Source: an uncultured Methanosarcinales archaeon
GTDB taxonomy: Archaea > Nanobdellota > Nanobdellia > Woesearchaeales > ARS49
Reading direction: 5' to 3'
Assembly (NCBI GenBank): GCA_964445485.1
Contig: CAYUPS010000001.1
Span: 76,941 to 140,940, forward strand
Length of the DNA: 64,000 nt
In this document: piece by piece, positions 52,140-61,800 of the stretch
Position numbering within the stretch: position 1 is the stretch's first letter
Layout of the letters: each line of letters opens with the position of its first letter
Program-made: the position numbers and the translations under genes
Notes under the pieces: model-generated
Told to the model about the DNA's origin: nothing
The model's database searches: none
Seen by the model: only the letters and a program-made list of their open reading frames with translations

Positions 52140-52814
52140 TCAGCCAAGATCGATCGCGACCCGCGCGACGAGCGGTGGCCAATCATCAGCCGCGGCGTCC
52201 TGGACGGCGATGACAAAGGTTGTCTCGCCATAAGGCATGATGTCGATGTCCGCGTCAGGGCGTGCGATGCTTGAGAAATCAAGCAGGTATGTCGTCGCGA
52301 TGCCTTTGGCGACGCTGTCCGCGATGCCCATGATGCGTCCGAACGGGGCGTTGATCGTGGCTGAGGCGGAGCGCAAGGCCTGCGGCACTGCGCCGCCCGT
52401 GACGCTCGCCGTGATACTCACCGTTTCCGCACCCAGCGAGACTGTCGCTTGGGAGGGGGCATAGGCCAGGTCCATCAGGTCCATGCCTGCGACGCTGTCG
52501 ATGCAGGTCTTGAGCGCGGCGCCCGCATACCGTCTCAGTTCCGACTCCATGAACTGCTGCGAGGGCGCGACGCGGGCGCGGTTGCGGTAGTGGAACGCCA
52601 CCGTCGCACGCTCAGCGTAGAGCGCGTCACCGTGGCCGTAGATGAAGCCGCCGTTGCGCGCGAGCGTGTGCACGCCGGCTCGCATGGCATGCGCAAAACA
52701 TGAGGACACTTGATTGGTCGCGCTCGCCTGCGCGATCGCAATCCATGCGACGCTCGCGACAACCGCCGCAACTATTATGATGAGCATGATGAGCTTCATG
52801 GCGGGGGTTTTCAT
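52140..52814 (-). CDS. signal-peptide hypothetical protein translationally coupled to the giant protein
   Basis: ATG 52814 (M19 of track ORF) overlaps giant-gene stop (ATGA); N-term MKTPAMKLIMLIIIVAAVVASVAWIAIAQASA; no domain recognised. Confidence 0.6.
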   Translation of the reverse strand: MKTPAMKLIMLIIIVAAVVASVAWIAIAQASATNQVSSCFAHAMRAGVHTLARNGGFIYGHGDALYAERATVAFHYRNRARVAPSQQFMESELRRYAGAALKTCIDSVAGMDLMDLAYAPSQATVSLGAETVSITASVTGGAVPQALRSASATINAPFGRIMGIADSVAKGIATTYLLDFSSIARPDADIDIMPYGETTFVIAVQDAAADDWPPLVARVAIDLG

Positions 52815-55800
52815 GGTGCGCCTCCGACGGGAACGGGCGGTGCTGCGACGGGCTGTGCCCAGCGCCACGTGACCTCGTAATCATCCCGATACTTCCAGGG
52901 GTTGGCGATGTTGCGCTGGAAGAAACCCTTTCCGTTGGCGCTCTCTCCCGAGAAGTAATCCTTGCCTGCCTTCTCGAGCTCATCGAGGTAGCCGGCGCTG
53001 CCTTGGGCGGCATCCAAGATGTACCTGCGGCCGTTGCGGATGTATTCGGCCCATTGATGGCCTGCCGCATCGACGATCGTGGAGAGGCCCTTGCGCAAGT
53101 AGCCGCGGTTGATCGCTTCCGAAATGATGTGCGCGATAATCGGGGCTTGGTGCCTGCAGACGCCTCCGACGCCGATGCAGGAAGAGCCGATATCGATGAA
53201 TTCTGTCGAAGCCTCGCCGAGATACTTGCCCAGCCCTGAGCTGTACGGAACCCTGCGGGTGACGAGAGCGTTGACACCGCTGAGGATCTCCTCCTCGATC
53301 TGCGCCTGTGTCGCGCCGGACGCTTTCATCTCGCTCGTGAGCTTGCCCATGGCCTCCATGACCTCGTCAGTCAGGGGTTTGAGCGATTTCGGATCGATGA
53401 CCTGCAGTTCGGTCGAAGGATTGACGATGACTTGCAAAGCGCCGCCGATGGGCTTTCCCGGTCTCGTGGCTGGCACGTTGCCTTCCAGGAAGGACTCTTG
53501 GATGTCGGGGCGGGTCACCATCTCGGAGCCGAAGTCCTGCTTGGAGATGCGTTTCGCGCGATCGCGCAGACCCCATCCCATCGGCAGTTCTTCGATGAGC
53601 GAATCCACGTTCTCGCCGCGGGATGCCGCCCGCTCGAGATTGGCGAGATTCTGGAGATCTTCAGCATCCACCGAGCCCGCACCGTAATACCTGTTCAGGT
53701 CGTCGGCGTACATGCGCAATTGGGTATACGTACGGGCATCGGAAACATCCGGGAGTTTCGGCAGGATCTCCACCAGGTCCTCTTCGGCTTCGATGACGGC
53801 CGCGCGTTCTGCTTTGGCGAGAGACGCGGCCGCATCGACTTCGCGCAGTGCGTTCTGCACAACGCCCGAGTCAGCGGTGATGCCTCTCGCCCTGAGCGCC
53901 TCTTCGATCGCGCCGGACGTGTGCGTCTTGATGCCCTTGAGCGCTTCGGAGACCTCGTCGACGCTCTTGCCGAGCTTGCTCGCCAGGTTCTTCGCATACG
54001 CCTCGGCAATGGATGATTTGGTGAACGTGCGCATGGCGCCGGGCAAGCCAGCGCCGGCGAGGATGCCCGTAGCCATAGTGACTGTCGGGTTGTCCGTGCC
54101 GATGCCGCTGAAGGTCAGGATGGCGCCGGTCGCGGCATCGATCATGACTGATTCCGCCATGCCCGCGAGCGCGCCGCCAAAGCCCGTCGCGCCGGTGAAG
54201 CTCATGCCCGCGCCGCCGGTGAGGAGCGCGAGGGCGATCGCGCCGGGGCTCGCAGCGTCGTCGACGAAATCGGCGACTTTGGCCAGGTCACTGATGACTG
54301 AATCGGGGAGCGAGCTCATGGCGATGCTGGAGATCATGTTGCTCGGGAGGAAGGGTGACGGACCGCTCATGCCTGCAAGGTAGCCGAGGAATTTGCGGTC
54401 GCGCTCGGTGCGCAGCGCGTTGACGCTGTCCTCATCAAGCATCTCCTGCATGCCGATGTCGACTTCCCAGAGGACGTCGTTCGACTTGAACTCGCCCGGG
54501 GAGGAGCTGACCGCTTCCTTGCCGATGAGTTTGCGGATGTCTCCGCTGTAGGGACTGTCATAATACGTCTTGCGGGCGTCCTCGCGCGCTTCGGCGAGGA
54601 ACTCCTTGAGCGGGTAGAGCTGTCCGGGATCGAGCTTGTACTGGCCGTCCGTGATCGGGGCCATGTCGCCGATGGGCTTGCTGCCGTCGTTGCCGTGGCC
54701 TGATCTGATGAGCATGTCGCGCGCCATGCGGTCGTCATCCTTGCTGTTGAGCCAGCGCTCTATCTGCTCCGCAGACATGCCCGTCTGCTTGAGGGCCTGG
54801 AGCGCGTACATGCCTCGCGAGTATGCCTTGCCTTCGGCGCTGAGCGTCTCGGCCGCCTTCTTGACCTCCTCGAAACCGCCGGCGACATTGACGGCATCCT
54901 TGAGGAAGCCGCCGTTGAAGAGGCCGTTGAAGATGACCGCGCCGGCTTTCGCGACGCCTGCGGGGATGGTGAGACTCCCGCTGCGGCCTTGGAATGTCAT
55001 GCGGATGTCCTGGTAGTCATCGCCGACCGCTTCGCTCATTCGGTCGGAATAGCCTTCTGTGCTGTCACGCAGCGCATCGAGCCGCTGCTCCTTCGCGTAC
55101 AACTGGCCTTGGAGCTTGCTGAAGCCGCTCGCGCCGATCGCGTCGCGGTCGTTCTTGACCGAGTCTCCTGCCATGCTCAGGAGGCCGAGCTGCTCATCCA
55201 GGGCGTCCGCGCGCTCGAGCAGGCGTTCGCGCTCCTCGATGCTGAGACCGGACGATGCGAGCTGCCTGTCGATATCAGCAAGTTGGCGTTGCAGGGCGTC
55301 GCCCGCCGCCTTGATCTCGCCGATCAGGTTGTCCGTGACCGCGAGAGCATCGCCGACCTTGCCGTGCGAGGCGTACCAGCTCGCGAGCTCGCGTGAGAGC
55401 GTGATCTTCTTGGATGAGATGCCGTTCGCGCTCGCGCCGCCAGTGTACTCGCGCTTGACGGCGACGCCCTCGCCCGTGCGCTCGAGGGTCGTCTCGGCGA
55501 GACGCAGGCGGGCGCGCAGGGAATTCTCGACGATGCTGCGATCAGGCGCGACTTCGCCGGGCGTGTCCGCGTACCTCTGTTTCGCGTTCTCATAATGGAT
55601 GCGGTTGGCGAGCTGGGCGTCGAGCAATGCGGCGGTCCCTGCCGCAGTATTGCCTTGCGCGCCGCCGATCATGCTGGAGAGGCTCTTCTCGAGGCTGTCG
55701 ATGTTGCCTGACTGCCAGAAGCTGCTGAGCAGGGGGTCGTTGTCCATGCGCCGTTTGCTCTCGTCGAATTTCTGCTGGATGAACTTGCGGCGCTCTTCGC

Positions 55801-58800
55801 GCTGGGCCGCGGGCACGCCTTGGCTGCCGTCGGCGGAGACTTCCCAGTCGAGCGGCAGGTTCTCGGCGTTGCGCTGCACGAACGAGTTGCGCAGCGCGTT
55901 GGCCCAGACCCTGTCGATGGAGCCTGCGCCGAATGCGCCGTCGATGAACGCCTCGACCTCAGTCATCGCCTGGATGTGCGCTTCGTAACGCTTGATCGAT
56001 CCGTCGGCGGAGGTGATTGTGTTCTTCTTGGCGATGAGTTCGTAGAGCTTCTGGAGCGCGGCGGCGATGAGTTCGGGGCGATCGTGGTTGCGGATCATCT
56101 GGCGGATCGCTTCCTTGAGCGATTCGATGTCATTGCCGACAAGGGCCTTGGCGTCCGCGGGCGAGGCGACATGGACATCCTTGTTGCCTTCGGCCGGCGA
56201 TGAGTAGGTCTGCGAGAGATCGCTCGCGATTGTCAGCGTCGGGCCTCCTGTGCCGTCCTTGATAGCCTGCGGCTTGTTCTCGACGCGGTCGCTGCCGGTC
56301 TCGCCGGCGATCGCCGCGAGCGAGGTGGCATCCTCCTTGATGCGCTGGCCCGTCGGCGAATTCGTGACGGAGACGGCGAGCTGCGTGCCAACCTGCTTGT
56401 GGGCGAAATTGTCGCTGTCCGAGCGGGCGTCGACACCGATGCTGAACTGCGCAGTGGTGATCTCCGAGGCCGGATTGCCGATGGAGAACACCTCATTGGT
56501 GTCGCCGTCGGGCGATGACGTGCGGTGGAGGAGGGCACCATTGTTGGCGGTGTAGGCGATTGTGTTGGTGACAAGCGATGCAGTCATCGCGTAGAGCACA
56601 AGGTCGTGCGTGATCTTGTCGCCGACCATCTTGATGAATCCTGCGTTCGGCGAGCCGAGCGCGGACACGGACATGCCGAGCGCGCCACCGCCGATGTTCA
56701 GGCTCGTCGTGCCGCTCTCGACCTTCGCGTAGAGGGCGTCATCGGAATAGCCGACAGTGTTGCCGCTCGTTTCGAGGGCGGAGGAGACCGCTTGGCCTTC
56801 CGGGACGAACTTGACAGGCGCGGTAGACGTGAGCTCCAGCTGGTTCTTCTCATCGGTGTAGGCGGCGGCTTGGCCGGGAGCGGGCGTCTTTGGCGCGGGA
56901 GCGGAGCTCTGGGAGTCATCGCTGGAGGCTTTGGGCGGGGAGAGCGTCTTGCCGGCGTCTTCAAAGGATTGCGGCACGTGGCCGCCGCGGCTGCCTGTCA
57001 GTCCTTCGAAGAGTCCGAGGATTCCGTGGAGCATGCGTGTCGGGCTGTTGAGGTTCTCGAGTTCCAACAGGAAGCCTTTCTCGAACCATCCGCGGTTCTT
57101 GTCGTACGTGCTCTTGGCAGGGTTTTCCTTGTTGTTCCACCAGTCGCCCAGCGCGCCCCAACCCGCATCCCACGTGCTCGTTTTGGGCCAGGGGTTCTTG
57201 TCCTGCGCTTCGTATCCCGAGACGCCGACGCTGCCTTTGTCCGTCGTTGCGTCTACCCGTGTTTTCACTCCCTTGGTGCCGTCTTGCGTGAGGGTGAGTG
57301 TCAGGTCCTTGATGCTGTCGGCACTCTTGAATGCAGGGTCGTTGCGCAGGGCTTCCAATGCGTTGCGCAGCACGGTCTTGAGCCATTGCGCTTGTTCAGG
57401 GCTGAGCCCCTTGATGGGGCAGCCCAGCAGCTTGTCGAGCAGGCTCATGTCCAGGGTGTCGATCGCGTGTTTGAGGAGGCGCCTGATCGCATCGCCGCCT
57501 TTCGCATCAGGCGGTATGCCGATGCTGATCTTTGTCTCGCCTTCGCTGCCGTCGATGCGCAACTTGAACGGTTCCTTGAGGATGCTCTTGCCGTCCTTGC
57601 CCTTGAGGCCGATGGACGCTTCAAGCGCATAGGACGGGCCGCTCACGCGGTTCTCGCCCCAGACCGCACCCGGTTCAAAGACGGACGGCTTGGTGAGCGA
57701 CACCTTCAGGTCCTTGACATCAATAGAGATACCGGCGCCCGAAGTAGATTCGCAGGGGTCTTTGGGCTTCGCAGGAGCCTCTGGCGGCGTGGACGGAACG
57801 ATCTTGTCGAGCGCGTCACCTGCGCTCATGCCGCCGTTGTAGACCATGCCGTAGGAGAGTCCGAGGAGGTTGAAGACGTTGCGGACGATGGTGCCCGTGG
57901 TGGGTTTTTGGGACTGCTCTTCGAGCCAGCCGTTCGCGACGCTCTCTATATAGGATTCGGCGGCGCTGCTCGGGTCGCCGTCTGTCTTGATGTCCGCGCC
58001 GGCCGTTCCTTTGCCGGTGAAGGATGCAGGCAAGCCTTTGGGCGTGCGGCCGTTGACGGTGACTGTCACGTCCATCGAGCCGGGCGGCGTGCCGGGCTTG
58101 GGTTCGGGCTGGTCCTTGAGCTCGAGGTGGATGCTGTCGAGCGATTCGAGGCGTTTGAGGTCTGAGCCGAGGAGGGCGCGCAGGGGCTCGGAGAATATCT
58201 CCTTGAGCTTGTCCCGCATCTCGGGCTTCATGCCGGGGATGTCGTTGAGCGCGTCGAGGACGGAGTCGATGTGCGTGCGCAGGCCGTCCATGAGCGCCCG
58301 CTTGAATCCTTCGCTGACGAGGTCGGCGAAACCGGTCTTGTCGAAGTTGGGGAACTTGATGTCGATGGTGAGGACGCCCTTGCAGGACTTGAGCACGATC
58401 TCGATCGGGTGCTTCTCGATCTGCTCGCGGATGGTCTGCTTGCTCAGGAACTTGGCGAGCGGGTGCTCGTAGGGGAGGCGGCGCAGGAGCTCGTGCAGGT
58501 GCACGTTCGCGCGCAGGTTGTAGCAGTCGTCAGGTGTGCTCTCCATCTTCCATTGTATCTTGCGGTCGAATTCGCCCTCGTACTGGTAGTCTTCCTTGCC
58601 GTCGTAGGGTTTCTTGTCGACCTGGAGGTTGCTGCCGATGCGGTAGTCGCGGTGGTTCTCTGTCGGTCCTGCGCGGATGTGCACATCGAAGGGCTCTTCG
58701 CTGGGCGTCGAGCCGTCGCGGGGGATCATCTGCACGACGGTGCCGCCGGCATCGGTGGGGTTGCCGCGGGGGTTGTCCTCATCGGTGATGGTGGGAACGT

Positions 58801-61800
58801 GCCTGAGCTCGATGTCGCGGCCGCCTTTGCTGATCGAGCCCTTGACAAGGCCTCCTTGGCGTCCGATGTAGTTGTCGACGCCGTCTGCGTACACGGTGCG
58901 GTCGCCGCCGGGGCCGTAGTGCGTGCGGATGTATTCTGCGATTGCGGCTTCGAGCTTCTCGAAACGCTCATGCTCTTCGGACGAGGTGCCTTTGCCGGCT
59001 TTCTTGCCGTACTGCTTGGCCATGGTCTCGAGGCCTGCGAGCTGGTATTGCAGGCGGCCTTCGCGCGATTCCGCCTCATTTGACGGCTGCGATGAGGGCC
59101 AGGGGAATCCTTCGGGCGGCAGTGCCTTATTGAAGAGCGGCGTGGTGCTGCCGCCGTCGAAGCCGGGGGTGTAATGCCTGAGGAGGTCCTTCTTGAGATC
59201 CTTGGCGATCTTCTCGAAATCGTCTGAGCGGCTCTGGACGAGTCCCTTGTTGGTCTGCAGTCCCTTGAGCTCTTCCTGGAGCCTCTCGCGCTCGGCGCCC
59301 TGCGCGGTGCGCAACTGATCCTTGATCTTCGCGATGCGCTCGTCGTATTCCTTGACGATCTTGTCGCGCTCGGCCTTCCTCGCGGGGTCGTTCTCCTGCT
59401 CGGCGATGCGTGCGGCATCGGCGACGGCGCGCATCCACACCTGCATGTCGCGGGCGAAGTCCTTCTTGTACGCGCTGAGCGCTTTGTCCCAGCGGCGCTG
59501 TGCCTCATCGTTCGCGACCGACGTCACGGTGTAGTCGGAGTCGCCGTTGATGATGATGGTGGTTCCCGGCATGGCCTTGATCGTGACGTCTTCGCCGTCC
59601 GAGCCCTTGATCGTGACCGATGACGAGCCGTCCGATTCCGTGGTGGTTTTCACGATTTCGGGGTTGTACCCGTCGGCGAGCTTGATGTTCTGGGGCAGGT
59701 CGATGCATTTGCCGTCCTTGCACGCGTCCTTGCACGCAGTCTTCTTGGTCTGCCCGCACCAGAGCGGAGTGATGAGGTTGCGCGTCCCCTTCTCGCAGGA
59801 TGGCGCGGCAGGCTTCTCGCAGCATCTGGCTTCGGTGCTCGTGACCTGCTGGCATCCCCAGGGGCAGGTCTCTTTATAGTAGGTCTCGGGATCGACTGTC
59901 GGTGCTTGCGGCGGCGGGCAACCCGCGTAGAGCCGCTTCTGCCAGATCTCAGGCTCATCTCCGAGGCCGTGGATCTGGCCCGGGCCGTACTTGGTCGGCA
60001 CGAAGAGGTTCTTGCCCGCGTACGGCTCAGTGCCGGTCGGGGTCTTGAGGTCCTGTGTCGGCCTCCAGTTGGATTGCGTGCCCCTTGTTTGCAGCGTGGG
60101 CTGCGTGCAGTACGTGGTGTACTTCTTGCAGTCATCCTGCGAGAGCCTGCACTCGTCGAATGTCATCTTGCAGTCGGAGCCGCAGCCGAGCGGTCCGATG
60201 CTGCCTTTGGTGTTCGGCGGGTTGGGCACGTCCTTGCAGCGCAGGGTCGGGGGGCGGAAGACGGGTTTGCCGTCCTTGGTGTCGCACTCCTCCGTCTCTT
60301 TGTCGTCATTGGGCGCCTGCACGATGCCGTCGCCGCAGTATTCCTTGGGGACGCACTTGTTGGATTGGCATTTCTTGGCAGAATCCGAGCAGTCGGAATC
60401 CTTGACGCACTCGAAGCAGCCGCTCGTGTCGATCGTGCACTGGCCCGCAGCGCCCGCAGGCCTGCAGGTGAGCTCGCCGGCGCCGCGTATCGGTTTTTCC
60501 CCGAACGTCCTGCCGAAGCATGTCTCGCTGCCGAAGTCCTTGCCGTCGCATTCTTCGCCGGACTGTTTCTTGCCGTCGCCGCACACGGATTTCTCTGACG
60601 TGCAGCCGCGCTTGTCGAAGAGGCAGGTGAAGCTGTCGCAGCCGAGCTGGCCTCCCTTGAAGACGGGATCGACGGACGCGCAGTCGTAGCCGTCGAGCAT
60701 CGGCTTGCCGTCCCTGCCGATTTCGCACTCTTCCGTCTTGCCCTGGTCATTGGGTTTCTGTATCACGTAATCGCCGCACTTGGTCTTGGGCACGCACTTC
60801 TCATTGACGCATTTCTCTTCGGCCGAGCAGTCTTCTTCATGGCCGTCGCGGCATTCCTTGCATCCGCTCACATCGAACTGGCACTCCTTCGCGTCACCCT
60901 TGGGGAAGCAGCCGAGGTCTCCGTGGGGTTTGCCGGCAGCGGTGGAGCAAGTCTGACCGCCCAGGTCATTGCCGTCGCAGCTCTCGGGCCGCTCGCGGAC
61001 GCCGTTGCCGCACGTGTGCGTCTCAGACGCAGCCATTTCGCAGTTGATCGTGCTGTAGACGCAGTCAGGACCTATCTTCTTGCACAGGAGCGTTCCCCCC
61101 ACATACAGGGGGTTGACGTCCTTGCATGTCTTGCTGCCGACATTGCTTGGCAGTTCGCATTCCTCCTTGCCGCCATCGTCATTCTTCGCTTGTATGTTCC
61201 CGTCGCCGCAGTAGGTCTTCTTCTTGCACGCGCCGCCGTCGCATTTGCACGTGCCGTCTTCGCAGCCCTCGGAGTAATAGCAGTCTTCCGCGATCTGGCA
61301 CTGGGAGCATCCGGCATCGTCGATGCGGCACTGTGACGCCGAGCCTTTCGGATGGCACTTGAGCGTGCCGAAGGGGCGCAGTTTGCCCGTCTTCTCCGTA
61401 ACAGTCCTGCAGTTCGCGCCGTTGAAGTCCTGGCCGTCGCAGTGCTCTCCGGCGTCGACCTTGAAGTTGCCGCACGCCGCAGGATCCGCGGGGGGCAGCG
61501 TGCAGGCGCTCGTGTCGTAGACGCAGCTCACGCCGACCTTCTTGCACTTGAGCGTGCCGCCGGTGAAGACTGAATCGACTTGGGAGCAGGTCTTGCTGCC
61601 GATCTTGTCCGGCAATTCGCACACTTCTGTCCCTCCTTCGGTGTTCTTCGGCTGGATCTCACCGTCGCCGCAGGAGGTCTTCTTCTCGCACTTGCCATAT
61701 GCCCTGTCGCAGAAGTGCCCGCTGTCGCAGTCTGCGTCAGAATCGCACTCATAGCAGGGGTTGGTGTTGTACTGGCAGGGCGTCGCAGCGGTCTTGTCGT

